From Camelus ferus (taxonomy: Eukaryota), in contig NC_045698.1 in assembly GCF_009834535.1 (NCBI RefSeq), positions 870,001 to 934,000 on the forward strand: DNA of 64,000 bases, read 5' to 3'. Below, in pieces: positions 36,901 through 48,429 of the stretch. The position numbers and the translations under genes are program-made. The stretch's first letter is position 1, and each line of letters starts with the position of its first letter. Under the pieces are notes generated by a model. It saw only the letters and a program-made list of their open reading frames with translations, ran no database searches and was not told the DNA's origin.

Positions 36901-39900
36901 GCCCTAATCCCATGTGACTGGGGTCCCTCTGAGAAGCGATCAGGACACAGCCACGCACGGAGGGATGGCCGTGTGGGGGTACGGGGAGGAGACGGGGTCT
37001 GCCCGCCGGGAGAGGAGCCTCGGGAGGAAGCGGCCCCGTGACGCCCGGGTCTCCGCCTCCAGCCTCGAGGACCGGGAGAAAGCAGCTCTGTGAGGCCGCT
37101 CCCCGGCCCCGGCTGCGGGGCCTCCTCACGGCCGCCGAGCGAACGCGTTTGCCGTGTGTTTGAAATTTCCTGCGGTAAGGACTGTGAAAGTGACAGTGCT
37201 CGTTCTGGGTATAAAACAGTCACCAGTTCACAGTGAACTCACCAGGCCCACTGGGCACCTGCAGTGACAGTGCCGGCTCGGACCCGCCCGCCGTCACTCC
37301 TTCCCTGCCCCGGCCCCCAAGGAGCTGGAATCGCCCACGTGCAAGCCGGTCCACGTGCCTTGTGTTTCACGGCCGACTGGGAACCCTCAGGGCGCTGCTT
37401 CAGAGACAACATCTCTGGAGTGTGTGTCGCCCCGGTCTCCACCCACGCGGTGGCTGTGCCAGGCTGGGCCACCTCGCCCTCCCCAGAGCGACGCCAGATG
37501 GAGGGACCTCGGCCAGCCATGCTGGGTGCTGACTCAGCACGTGCGGCCAGCACGGCACAGGGGAGGTGCCAGCCGCCGTGTGACGGCAGCCGGGAACCCA
37601 CTGAGCCATCAGCGCCATGCTGGTGGACACAGGGGAGACTCCGCTGGAGGCGTGTTCCAGCGCCAGCGCTTCAGTCACGGGAAATGGCCACCACTGCTCC
37701 AAAGGAACGGGAGGGGCGCCCACAGACAGACGGGTGGGAGCTCCCTCCCTCCTTCGTGCAGGAAGAGTCAGCGCACGTGGGGCCTGCCGCACACACGGAC
37801 GGAGCCCGCCCTGAGGCCACAGCCTTGGCCGCTACCTCCTTCTCAGAGCTTCTGACAACCACGCGGATGGAAGCAGAAAGGGGCTTTGCTCAGTCGGCCC
37901 ACGGTCACCACTAACCAGCCTCGGCCGGAGGGGAGGCTGGTGAGCCGATAAGGCAGGGTGGACGTCGGCTGCGCTGGCCCCGCAGTCCCGTGGCTGAGAG
38001 CGCAGCAGCCCTGCCCGCAAGGAGGCCGAGCACAGGCGCTTGGGGTTCCAGGGGCAGCTGCAGCTCAGGCTGGGCCTCCTGGGCCCGCCCCTCCTGCAGG
38101 GCTCCATGAGGGCCAAGCCACATCCCCCGCCCTGCGGGAGGGAATCGCCCCAAGCCTGTGCGGTCACCGGGGTAGCCGGCAGGCCCCACCATCAGGGAGC
38201 TGCACACACTGTCGCAGCACCCGGGGAGGCTGCTGAGCTCAGCGTTGCTGGTGGCAGCAGAGCTGGGTGCCACCCAGGGATGCCACCAGGGGACAGGTGC
38301 GCTGGAGGTCACCTGCGTGACAGACCCAGGGGCCAGCCAGGGGAGGAGCTGCAAGTTACATGAGGCACAGAGAACACAGCCCGAGATGACAGTCAGCACA
38401 AAAGATAAGACACAAAACAGGACTGACATCACCCATGTCTCCAAGCCACTTAGACTGCAACCTGAGCCAAGCGTCCCTCCGGGATGGCAGCGCGGGGTGA
38501 GCACGCGGAACGTGGACTCTCGCGGGTGTGGGGGTGCAGATGGGGCCTGGAGTGAAGGGGGTGCTGCCAGCCCAGGGAGCACGGGGGCAGCGCAGGCACC
38601 GTGTGCCGGGCTGCGCTGAGCGGGTGCTGGCAGGGCCCAGCTGCAGGGGAGCCAGAGATGATGGCGCTGATGGAGGCGGGGAGCAGGGTGCAGGCCACGC
38701 CCCAGATTGGAAACCCCCACAGTAAAGGGGCTGGGTCGCAGGAACCGAGGCCAGACCCCAGGGTCAGCCCCTAATCAGAGCAAAGCCTAGGCCGTAGGCG
38801 CGGCCAGCAGGAGACGGGCTGGCGCGGGGGGCTGGGGGACAGGTCCGAGCCCCCTTCCCTCTGTGAGAGCCCGCTCATGCGCGGGCATGGGCCTGGCGGG
38901 ATGATGCCCCCTCTGTGCGCCCAGCCTGCCCAGGGCTCCAGACGCACCAGCGGGATGACTGGCAACCCGCCCTCCCGGACCAAACCAGCCCTGAGCTGAC
39001 CCCGCTCGCCCGCCCCTTGGACACACACTTGGGAGCCACCTCGGTCTCTCACCAACTCCTATTGGCTCCACCTCCAAAACACCCAGAACCTGTGACCCCT
39101 CCCCTCCGAGGTGCAGCATGGGGACTCCGCGGCCCCTGGGGCTCAGCGTTCTGTGTGGCTGTGGGGTCAGCCCTACCCCCACTTCCTCGCCAGCCTCCCT
39201 CCTCTCACTGTGCCTGCACCTCCCCAGGGACAGTCCTTCCCCAAATTGCTACAGGGCGGGTTCCAGAACCTTCCCTCACCTTGGCCACAGAAAAGCTGCA
39301 CTGACGGGTACACCGGCCCTCACTCTCTGCAGACCCCGGGGGATCCCTCCCGAGATGGGTCAGCTGGTGCCTGGGTCAGGGGAACAGGGCTCATCTCTGG
39401 ACCCAAGCACGGGTAGGGTCAGACATCAAGGGAGCAGGACTCTGGGGCTGGTCTTGTGCGTCCCTGGGACACTGCTCTGGTCACCTCCAAGCGGTCCCAC
39501 AAGGAGCAGAATAGGGACAAGACTCGCGGATTCTGCAGAGAGACCTCCAGGCACGTGAGATAAACAGGAACAACTTGCCCAGGAAATCAGTTTCTTTTTT
39601 TGGCTGTTACTTATAAAAAAAATACAAAGCTGGCTGTTTTTAAGAATCTTGATTCAGAGTAAACAGAAGGTCCTAAAACTGACACCTGAGGCCTGGGCAG
39701 CCTCGCACAGACAGGAAGTGGGGCAGAGCCTCAGGACGCGCGCAGCCTGCTGGACGCGGGGGCGAGAGGAAAGCGCACACCCTGCTTCACTGTGCTTTCT
39801 AAAGAAAGGAGACTGGAGAAGGCACGGCCACCCTCCCGGGGCCCCGTCAGCCGGCCCTGCCAAGCCCTGCGTCAAAAACGCCGCCGCCACACCTCTGAGC

Positions 39901-42900
39901 TCGCGGCTGCACAGGAGCAGCACCAGCCCTGGACCCGGCATCTCAGGTGCAGGCCCAGCCAGTCAGCCCAGAGAGCCTCCGCCCTCCGCTCCCCCGAAGG
40001 CAGAACACCTTCCAGCCCTAATCAGATGCTACTTTCAAATTGGAAACAAACAGTCGTTTGCACAAGTAATTCGAATAGTTAAAATTCTTGAAAGCAAAAG
40101 TGAAACAGAAAAGGCTGGCACTCTGCACGGTCACTGTTAGCTCCACCTGTCACACACACATCTGCTCTCGAGAAAAGTCCCCTCCTCACGATCAGACAAA
40201 ACCCCGAGTGTGGCTAGAAATCCAAGAGGCCGACGGCGAGAGTGGAAATGGCCGGCTGGGCCCGGGGGCGCGGGTCATGCCCGAGGGCGCAGGCTCACGG
40301 CTACTGAGCGTTTTGTGTTGGGGGGTATCTGGGCTTCTTTGGTATGATTTGTCCATTTCCATAAACCCCATGCCCAGATTCACACTGGACTGATTTGTCT
40401 TTTTCTTACTAACGTGTGAATGTCTTCCTGACTTCAGGCCCTGGCTACATCGCCTCTGAGGGTCCCCACCAACCCGAGACTGTTAGGAAAATGTGTGCCT
40501 CCGCTCAGGAAAACTTTCCTTCCAGAGCCCATGCTCGCTGCTGTATACAAGCTATTTCTTATCTCTCCCACTCAAATCTAAAATTAAATATAGCTTTTCC
40601 AGAAGAGCTGTTTTTTTCTTTCAAACCCTCCCGCAGCCCCAACATCCCCATTGTCCCCGTCATCTCTATCCAAGAGCTTTCAGATCAAATCTTGGCATCT
40701 TCCACCCAATCTGGAGGCTTCTGCAAAATGAGGGTGTCTTTCAGTAATTCGCTGAATTGACAGTTCTGTCCTGCAGTCCAATGCACAGCGATTTTCCTCG
40801 ACGACCACAGTTACCGTTTTCAGCACACCGCAGCTGATGGTGTGCGCTGTGCCTGTGCGGCTCTTTGTGGGGTCAGACCACCCTGTTCAAGGCAACCCTA
40901 ATCCTGACGCCCCACCGCCCAGGCACGCCGAGACCCTCGGCACCAGGCCTGTCTCCTTTCAGCCAGGGCCCGAGGGCTCCCAGGAAGGTTGGAGCCTTTG
41001 CACCAGCTGATCCAGCCCAGCTCGGGCCTGTGTCCTGCCCCAGCACTCGGCACTGCCAGTTTCACAGGGCTGGTGTGCGTAGGTCCCTGGGGCAGCAGGG
41101 CCCACGGGCCACAAGTGGAGACAGAAAACCAACCACAAGGTCAGCGGTCAGCACAGAGGGGCAGCTGGGGGCTTCCAGGAGGATGCAGCAGAAAGCACCG
41201 GGGCCCCCGAGGAGGCCGGGCAGAGCTCTCAGTCCCAGCTTGAGGGCTTGGGGACACGTCAGACATCTTGGGACAGCGGGAGCCACCTGCCACGTGGACT
41301 CAGAGTCTCCAGGGCAGCTGAGAAAGGTCCCCATCACGACAGGTAGGTCAAGATGGAAGGAAGTGCATGGGGGCAGAGGGGCGCACTTCCAAGCAGAGGC
41401 AGGTCTGGGCCTGGAGATGTGGGTGGGCCAGGGGGCCAGGCAGGGTTCACTCTCCCTGGCCCTCCTCAGCCCCCCTCCCACACACTCAGTTTTATATAAA
41501 ACGTCCTCTTTGAGTTTTCAGGACCCTCTGCTGGAGACAAGAGCTCCGTCCCTGGGGTCCTAGTGATTCCGACCTGCCGCTCCCCAGCCTCCAGGTTTGA
41601 ACGTCGCAACGAAGCGACCCTCAGGCCGGAGGCCCTCCTGCGGCCCCGCCACCCACCCTGGAGAGCTCAGGGCCGCAGGTCGGGGGGTGGGGTGGAAATG
41701 CTGGAAGGCGTAAGCTCTCTCTCCTGGCTGGACGTCCCACCAGAGACAGGCTCAGATCCAAAGGTGGGAGATGGCGCGGAAATTCGGCAACACCTGACCT
41801 ACTTCCTCCAGCATCTCACCTGTGGGGCCAGGACACCTGTAATTACACGTCCACAGAACGGAGCTTTCAAGGCACCAAGCTCCCGCTTGCAAAAATGGAT
41901 GCAGGGGCTGTGAATTCCACAAACCAGCGCAGAGGCTTGGGCAGTGACCGAGGCGGGATGGGCAGCGTCAGGGGCAGGACCTGGTGCACGACGCAGCCTT
42001 GTCGCTGAGAAGGTCTGGCCGAGGGGGTGAGAGGCAGCGGGGCGGGCACAGGCCAGGCACGGAGAAGGCCCATCCTCCGCCCGCGTCCACAAACACACAC
42101 CAGGTGGCACCTGAGGGAACACCCGAGCCAGTGCCAGGGCCAGAGGTAAAGGCTCGAGAGGCATGGACCCTGCTCCCCGGCCGTGGCTGCAGCCCCGCTC
42201 GCTCAGCTGGGAGAGCGCCCAGAAGCCAGACCCACCCTGGCTGCGGCTCAAGGAAATCCCTTGTCTCCGGGGCTCTCACTACAGGGCTGGAGTGAGAGAA
42301 TCTCGAAATTCAAGAGCAGCAGCGCTTCCTGCCGTCCAGTCACTTCAGCAAATACCCTCAGGAAGTGACAGGCCTGGGGCCAGAGAGGGTGTCCTAGGCT
42401 CCGGGCTGTGAGACCACCACCCCACTCCCCCCACCCCCAGTCCCGGGCTGTCAGGGCTCCCAGCTGCAGGAGAACCTCTCCAGCTACAGGCAGCCCCTAT
42501 CTGGGCACCTCCTACCCCATGGCACCCTCAGATAGGAGAGCATCCCCAGAACATCCTGCCTCAACCCCCACTCCCAGTGGCTGGAGGCCCCTCCAAAATT
42601 CTGGGTCCAGGGCCTCATCTGTGGGAAGCCCCAGGGAACATCCTAGCCCCACCCCCTAACTGCAAGGAGTTCCCCTCACCCACACCCTGGCTACAGCCCC
42701 CAGCTGTGGGAGTCCCCCTTTATCTTCGAGGAGACCCTTGGGCACATTCTGTACTTTCCAGTGGCAGGCAGCCCCCCAGAGCTTCCCAGCTCTGCCCCCA
42801 GCTGCAGAGAACCCCTGACCCACCAGTTACACTGTGGGGCCAGGCTGGGACACAGGGCCCCTGGTGCTGGTCAGTGGAGCAGGGGTGGAGAGCAGCCTGG

Positions 42901-45900
42901 GGCAGCCTACCCCCTGGCTGGGTGGTCATTCCTTGAGCACAGCGGGGAAGCATGGAGATGATCCGTCTGACTGCTCCTTAGAATGAAAGCACAGGTGCGG
43001 TTGAGATGGACTGGAAGGGGGCAGGCAGCTGGGAGACCACTGCACAGGGTGGGGCGGCGGCAGAAGTAGCCCCGACAACCCTGAGACCCCTCCACGCTGG
43101 GTGGCTGTAGGCGCTGACAGCAGCAAAAGGGAGCAGTCCAGCTGGAGACAGACTGAGCTGAGGGGGCCTGCGGGACCGCAGGAGGGTGCGGGGATGGTAA
43201 GTCACATGGCACAAAAGTGACCAATGACTCCCCCCTGTGGGCGAGAAAGGTCTACTGCTATAGAGAGGGGGGTTCTGTCACTTGCTCTGTGCATGAGACG
43301 GTGGGGGGCTGGCCTGGGGGAGTGAATGGACCCCAGTGTGAAAGACCCCCGCTCTGGGGTGGGCGTCCAGTGCCTGGCCCACCCCCGCACGCCCACTGGC
43401 TAGGGCACAGCTGCGCGCAGGCGCTGGGCGCAGCAGGAGCAGCAGGTCCCCGTCGAGTGGCACACGCCAGCCCTCACCTGCTGGACCTGGCACGAGACAC
43501 ACTTAGGGAGCCCTGCCCATGGCCCCATCCTCCGGGTCTGAAATGTGAAAATTGTGAAAGATGTTGTTTCAAAAGTTCTTAGGTGGCAACTAACTTTTTA
43601 GGGAAAATAAGTCACTCCTCCAGTGCCAAGATGGAAATATGGCTTTCCGGAGGAAAAAGGCCGCAGGTCCAGGCACCTGAGCTGGCCTCTCACAGGAGCA
43701 CAGGGCGAGGCCAGCGGCTCCACCCGGGACGGTCCAGGAGCATCACCAAATGCAGCGAAGCCAGAAGCCGGGAGGCCAGCTGCCACTTGCAGGGCCTTTA
43801 GCAACGTTGACAACACCCCAGCTGACGATGCTGGAACGTGGTCAAAACACCAAGGAACATGCGCATCAGCTCTAATGCAAGACGTGGCACTGATGGCTGA
43901 GCGGTGACTTGGGCTTTAGAAGGACAAACCCGCCACCACATTTAAACATGCTTCCAAGTGCACACTTTCCTCCGGGCTCATCTCAGGATCACTCACAGCT
44001 GGAACGGAGATTTCCACTGCAACACCAACCCCGACCCCACGGCAGACCCACGAGAACTCGGCAGGGCTCCAGCCCCTGGGTCTGACGGCAGGGTGAGGTT
44101 GTGGGAGAGGGGCTCACAGAAGCTGTGCTGAGACTCACCGGGCAGGGGAGCCCCAGGTACTTCCTCCAAACTTCCCACCGCCTGGCGCCCTCTGGGGTCG
44201 GGCCTGTGGATGGCAGGGTGGGCAAGGCATTGGCTCCTTCAGTGGGGCTCAGTGCTCCCTTCAGGGACAAAATCCTGCGTTTTTAACATGAGAAGTAACC
44301 AACCTATATGTCCACCGACAGATGACCGGGTAAAGAAGCTGTGGTGTATTTACACAATGGAACACTGCTCAGCTATAAAAAGGAATAGAATAATGCCATT
44401 TGCAGCAACATGCACGGACCTGGAGGTCGTCATTCTAAGTGAAGGAAGCCAGAAAGAGAAAGAAAAATACCATATGAGATCACTCATATGTGGAATCTAA
44501 AACAATAAAAATAAAAGGACACTACAAACTCCTCGATAAAACAGAATCAGACTCACAGACAGAGTAAGCAATCTTGTGGTTACCGGGGAGGGGATAAATT
44601 TGGGAGTTTGCGATTTACAAATGTTAGCCACTGTATATAAAAATACATTAAAAAAACACACATTTCTTCTGTATAGCACAGGGAACTATGTTCAATATCT
44701 TGTAATAACCTTTAATGAAAAAATATGAAAATGAATGTATGTCTGTATATGCATGACTGGGACGTTGTGCTGTGCACCAGACATTGACACATTGTAACCG
44801 ACTTTACTTCAATAAAAAAATTAAAATAAAATAAAATGAGAAGGAAGACTGACTGTGTCTTACTCAGTGTTGAGACATTAAAGAGGGGGTAAGACAGAAC
44901 TATGCGTGTGGACGTGTGTGTCCCCATTCTGGGACAGAAAAGCATAAAAAATGAAGAGTCAAGTCTTAGAAGCTTGAATCCCCCGTCTCCCTCCTCAGCA
45001 TCAACCACAGTTAAGTTCTGCATGTGCCCTTCCAGAGAACCAGAATCGGATTAAAGGAGGCTCCGGGGTGGGGGTGGGGGGTTAGCCGAGAAAGCGGCTG
45101 GGTCAGACTCCACGCTGAGCCAGCCCGCACCGCCCGGGGTCCGGGGTCAGCACAGCACCTGGGCCTGCGCCCCTCACCTGGGCAAGGGGACACGGCGCCC
45201 CCTCCTCCCCGCCTCCCAGCGGCAAGGACGCTGGAGTCACCAGGACCTCTGGGCACAGATGTACCAGTGCCACCATCAGGCAACCCCTCGGGGAGCAGCC
45301 TGGAAGCCCTGCTCCAGGGCCGCCACCCCTAACACAGACCCAGGCTGAGACATGGGGGCGCTTGCTGCCATCCTTTTATCAGAACTCGGGCATTCGGATA
45401 ACAACTCAGAGAAAGACATTGCCCACTTTTGGGTAACGAAAGTCCACGCAGGCCACCGCACAGGCCTGTCCCTAGAGTCACCCCTCCTGGTAAGCCTCCC
45501 TACGGACTAGCCGGCGGAGGGGTGCACACAGTGGCCTCGCCTCCAAGGACTTGGTTCCAAAGTGTCTGGGAAACCAGGCTGCTTTCCAGGAAGTAAATCC
45601 TCACTGACACTGGTTACAGGGAATTCAGAAACAGGGAAGTGACAGAGCTGAAGTGGGGATGTGCCCACGACCACGGCTTCCAACGGGAAGTACCAAAAGG
45701 CTGGAGTGACGTAACACCCCTGCGTGACTCCCAGACCAACAAAGCACCCTGTGATCTGTCACTAAGTTTCTACCAGTCACGGTTGCTCTGATCTTAACGT
45801 GTGGTTCTCCCTCCAAAGAGATGCTTAAGCTCCTCACCAAATGTGCAGTTAAGTGACAGACGGACGGACCAGTCATTCACCCCCAGGCACGGGCAGCCCC

Positions 45901-48277
45901 TCCCCCACAGCCAATGCCAGCAGGTAACACAGGCACACTTGCTGGGCCATCTGCGCTCACAGCTCAGCGCCCTGGGGGGTCTCAGACGTTGCAGGTTCCA
46001 TCTACTTACTGGTTTGGGGAGGCAGCGTTCTTTGCTTGGCTCGGCCAGTTCACTCTGTGGAAACTCTACCATAACGCAGTACGTAAAGGGGAAACGCTTT
46101 GCAGAGTGTTTTTGGTGAAAAGCAAAATGTTCCCGCAGAGCGGGGCTTGGAACTGGGAGGGTAAACTCAGGCTACACACCCTTGGCCTCACACTGCAGGC
46201 CTCGGAACAGGAGCAGGACTTGGTTACAAAGATGCCAAGATGATTCTGCAATGGCCCCTGAAACACTGCAACAAGGCACACACAAAGTGTCCCTCCCTCT
46301 CTGGAGGGTGAAGACACCCACCCGCCTGGTCCGCTCTTGAATTCTCGCAGACGCTCGGGCAAGAACGGCCCACAGGAGTTGCTCCAAACCGTAGGACGCT
46401 GTGACCCCGCCCGAGGGCGCTGGGATTTCTGACTCTACTCTGACGTCTGTCCCCTCCCTTGTTTACTCTCTCAGCAACCAGCTGACTCTCTGCAGTGGAC
46501 CCCTCTCCCCTGGGGGCAGTGAGCACAGAGTCCTGGCCAGGACAGACATGGCCCCCCCCGTGCACCCGCAGGACCAGAGGCTCCTGGGGTGGTGGGAGCT
46601 CGGGGGGGCCATCCAGGCTGGAGGGGGCCCCTCTCAGAGGTGGTGTTTCACCGCGGGCCCGAGGGAGCTGCAGAGCGGCCAGACAGGGGGATAACAGCAG
46701 GAGGCCGGGTGACCAGCCAGGCCCAGGCAGCGCTGAGGGGTCAGGGCCCCACCCCAGGGGCACTCACCCCAGCGGGCTCTAAGCCGCAGAGCCGTGGGAG
46801 GAAGGCCCTGCTGGGTCACAGGGCGCACCTGCTCAGGAGCCCAGAGGAAGGGGCTGCGGATGCCGGGCAGAGCACCTGGTAGCAGACGAGGTGCCGACAG
46901 ACCACACGGGCGAGTGGAGCTGGTGTCTGTTCCTTACACGCACAGGGACCAGCGGAGCACAGCCCTGCCCTTTCGCGTTCCAGGAGGCCCGCCACCCTAT
47001 CCGCTCTTCCCTCGCCTCAGTCTTCGCTGCCTGTTTCTTCTCCCGCCGACAACAACTAAACCCGCCAAAGGAGGCACCGAGGGGAAAATCAGGCATCTGG
47101 AAAATGACAGCTTTAGACTGATTTCAAGACTTCTCACTCCAATATTATTTCAAATGAATTACCTTACACATTAAAAAACACTTTAATCTCCCCCCTAAAA
47201 GAGTTTTGTCACAGTCGGAGATACAGTCCCCACCGTCTGGACAAACGCTGCAGACCGGAAACTTCTCTGCTTCAACGTTCAGTTCTGGAGTCAGAGAAAG
47301 GCCGTCTCATGAGCAATTTACAGAAACGCAAACCCAACTCACAACCAGAGTCCGGAAGGCCAGCTTGCAGGTCCTACCGGCTCGGGGAAGTGTCCCTCCA
47401 GGCCAGGAGCCACGCGAAGGGAAGGGACAAGTGTGGGGACCCCAAGTCCTGCAGTGTGCACCCCTCAGCCAGGGCCGGGCCCCTCAACAGGTTAAACGTG
47501 CTGGAGCAGACGGCGCCCGCACGCTGTTCCCCAGGCTGGACCAGGTTGTGCACGACCGAGTCGGGCCGCAAGCTCAGCCCCACGCGGACCCCGGGAACAA
47601 CTCGCAAACGCAGAGGCAGACGTCTTCCCGCCAGTTATCTGCAGGGCACCCCGCACAGTCCGCACCACACTGCCGCTGGCAATGACTCAAGTGACCAGCG
47701 AGGTCCCCACACACCAAGCGCATCAGGTGACAAAGTCACATCCGGGGGAGCCGCTCCGGTACCGCGCGGGGCCGGAACGCAGCGGGAGCGGGCGCCCGTA
47801 CCAAGGGTGCGAGGCGCGGCCGACCTGCGTGCGGGTCTGAGGTCGGGGTGCAGGGATCCAGGGATCAGGGAAAGGGGCATAGGGACGGGTGCGGGGACCT
47901 AGGGACTGGGGATGCGGAGCCAGGTTCGGGGCACCGGCGGCGGGAACCAGAGGATGGGGTGAGGGCGGCGAGGATGCGGGTTGCGGGCCTCAGGGGAGTG
48001 TGGCGATCGCGGGTCCTGGGGCCCGGGGCCGCGAGGCTGGGCCGCGCCCGCGGTCCCCTTCCCAGCCCCCTCCGGCCGCGCATCCCGGACCCTCGGCGCA
48101 GCCCCGGGCCCGGGGCGTGTCGGGCACACGGCGGACACCCACCTGGGCCTTCTGCAGGGCGCTGAGGCGCAGCTCGTGTACGAAAGGGTTCCGCCCCGGG
48201 GGCGCCAGCCGCCGCGCGTCGCTGGTCCCCGCGCTGGAGGCGGGGGCGGCGCGGGAATCGCGTCCCCGCAGCCTCAT
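6723..48277 (-). CDS. LPCAT1: Lysophosphatidylcholine acyltransferase 1, full 14-exon CDS span (1602 nt spliced, 533 aa)
   Basis: Exons of 135,143,215,113,61,59,35,55,83,126,154,99,139,185 nt join in frame from MRLRGRDSRAAP... to ...PLCKKLD*. The protein has AGPAT motifs HSSYFD, FVSR, FPEGT and PVQP, EF-hand-like loops and a C-terminal KKxx ER-retrieval signal. It closely matches mammalian LPCAT1 as I recall it. Confidence 0.98.
8141..8279 (-). CDS. LPCAT1: LPCAT1 exon 13 (MYGSQDGSIDQGALSCILRTALGVAELSVAELFRAIDQEETGKITF)
   Basis: Acceptor gcctcacag|ATG; donor TTG|GTGAGT; 139 nt. Confidence 0.95.
8517..8910 (+). mobile_element. Possible ERV solo LTR in intron 12
   Basis: TG...CA-bounded block with TATAAA-like and gagtaacaaaa (polyA-like) motifs in LTR order; no TSD verified. 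Confidence 0.3.
11461..11559 (-). CDS. LPCAT1: LPCAT1 exon 12 (GGGGEIDLREYVVALSVVCRPSQTLDTVRLAFQ), EF-hand 1; followed by a GC donor
   Basis: Acceptor tctctccgcag|GGC; donor CAG|GCAAGT (GC-AG intron); 99 nt keeps the frame into exon 13. Confidence 0.93.
12545..12698 (-). CDS. LPCAT1: LPCAT1 exon 11 (LKPEKLDRALDRHAERAGAKPGGRVTLPEFAAQLGVPVSEALEDLFSLFDE)
   Basis: Acceptor ttttctgtttag|G; donor GAG|GTGGGG; 154 nt. Confidence 0.95.
13327..13452 (-). CDS. LPCAT1: LPCAT1 exon 10 (ALGVSITDYTFEDCQLALAEGQLRLPEDTCLLEFARLVRGLG)
   Basis: Acceptor cctctcttgcag|G; donor GGG|GTGAGT; 126 nt. Confidence 0.96.
16859..16941 (-). CDS. LPCAT1: LPCAT1 exon 9 (FLPVYSPSEEERKDPALYASNVRRVMAE)
   Basis: Acceptor tgtatgctcag|TTC; donor AGA|GTGAGT; 83 nt. 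Confidence 0.96.
18535..18589 (-). CDS. LPCAT1: LPCAT1 exon 8 (LKILWLTLCQFHNQVEIE)
   Basis: Acceptor ttgtttttaag|G; donor GAG|GTTTGT; 55 nt. Confidence 0.95.
18921..19385. repeat. C-rich (plus strand) minisatellite, ~17-21-bp unit ctccctggctgtcc(c)n, ~25 copies, LPCAT1 intron 7
   Basis: Direct count of (g/a)g(c/t)tgt cores. Confidence 0.95.
19934..19968 (-). CDS. LPCAT1: LPCAT1 exon 7 (DTITWTWQGPGA)
   Basis: Acceptor cttgcccccag|GAC; donor AGC|GTAAGT; 35 nt. Confidence 0.95.
21747..21805 (-). CDS. LPCAT1: LPCAT1 exon 6 (GAFIPGVPVQPVVLRYPNRL)
   Basis: Acceptor cttcccccgcag|GC; donor CTG|GTAAGT; 59 nt. Confidence 0.96.
22058..22118 (-). CDS. LPCAT1: LPCAT1 exon 5 (IMIFPEGTCTNRTCLITFKP), FPEGT motif
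   Basis: Acceptor ttccatttcaag|ATA; donor CTG|GTACGT; 61 nt. Confidence 0.96.
23346..23458 (-). CDS. LPCAT1: LPCAT1 exon 4 (TLIKYIRPVFVSRSDQDSRRKTVEEIKRRAQSGGKWPQ)
   Basis: Acceptor ctctcttgcag|CT; donor CAG|GTGCGC; 113 nt. Confidence 0.96.
23786..24191 (+). mobile_element. MaLR solo LTR (MLT1-like), intron 3
   Basis: tgtgggttgagctgtgtccctc...gcagatgtggtcaagttaag...acacctcgattttgggctcctggcccc...gttaagctgccc...ctcacaca. Confidence 0.75.
25780..25990 (+). mobile_element. MLT1-like LTR fragment
   Basis: ctttgcggatggacttagt...acacacggaggagaagccacgtgatggtgaag. Confidence 0.45.
26290..26541. repeat. ~30-bp minisatellite (ctcactcactcccag + G-run) abutting the exon 3 donor
   Basis: Six exact ctcactcactcccag copies at 26352, 26381, 26412, 26439, 26471 and 26501, plus two degenerate copies at 26297 and 26323. 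Confidence 0.92.
26542..26756 (-). CDS. LPCAT1: LPCAT1 exon 3 (VVDVLLRAIMRTMWFAGG...APHSSYFDAIPV...RDIPIWG), catalytic HxxxxD motif
   Basis: Acceptor ctgttgcag|G; donor GAA|GTGAGT; 215 nt. Confidence 0.97.
27640..28330 (-). mobile_element. Decayed L2 LINE fragment
   Basis: Purine-rich antisense L2 texture with the characteristic gtgcaaaggccctgaggcagg and ctggatgagctcaccaggagag. Confidence 0.55.
28875..29160 (+). mobile_element. MaLR LTR (MLT1A-like), intron 2
   Basis: ttcctatgttgaagccctaagcccc...gcccttataaaagagaga...ggcaccttgatctctgacttctagcctctaaaaccctgagaaatgaat. Confidence 0.75.
29765..30335. repeat. (CA)/(CACATG)-rich low-complexity repeat in two blocks (~29765-29950 and ~30040-30335), intron 2
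   Basis: Alternating purine-pyrimidine tracts such as cacacacatgtgcatacac. Confidence 0.85.
31976..32118 (-). CDS. LPCAT1: LPCAT1 exon 2 (VTIMTLTLFPIRLLFAACMMLLAWPLALVASLGSAEREPEQPLASWRK), hydrophobic membrane segment
   Basis: Acceptor tctccccag|GTC; donor GAA|GTAAGT; 143 nt. Confidence 0.96.
36772..37147 (+). mobile_element. MaLR solo LTR (MLT1A/B-like), apparently inserted into an old L1 3' UTR fragment (~36620-37175)
   Basis: tgttaggggctgaactgtgtcccccaaa...acccccagcacctcagaatgtgactattt...ggccctaatcc; the flanks read ...cacttttctctgctttg and gtgtgtttgaaatttcc, like an interrupted L1M 3' end. Confidence 0.8.
44296..44835 (+). mobile_element. 5'-truncated, relatively young LINE-1 (ORF2 C-terminus, 3' UTR and A-rich tail), antisense in LPCAT1 intron 1
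   Basis: Translates to ...PICPPTDDRVKKLWCIYTMEHCSAIKRNRIMPFAATCTDLEVVILSEGSQKEKEKYHMRSLICGI*, a typical L1 ORF2 end; A-rich tail; imperfect TSD aacatgagaag (44285) / aaaatgagaag (44833). Confidence 0.92.
48143..48277 (-). CDS. LPCAT1: LPCAT1 exon 1 coding part (MRLRGRDSRAAPASSAGTSDARRLAPPGRNPFVHELRLSALQKAQ)
   Basis: ATG in GCGGCCATGA context; donor CAG|GTGGGT; 135 nt; inside the CpG island. Confidence 0.96.
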
Positions 48278-48429
48278 GGCCGCGCCGCCCGCTGCGAGGG
48301 GCGCGGGGCGCGGAGCCAGGCGCCGAGGTGGGTGCGGAGCTGGGGACCGAGCGGGGCGCGGAGCTGGGCGCGGGGAGCCGGGCGCGGGCAGACGATGCGC
48401 GGCGGCAGGAGCGGGCCGGGAGCCCGGCC

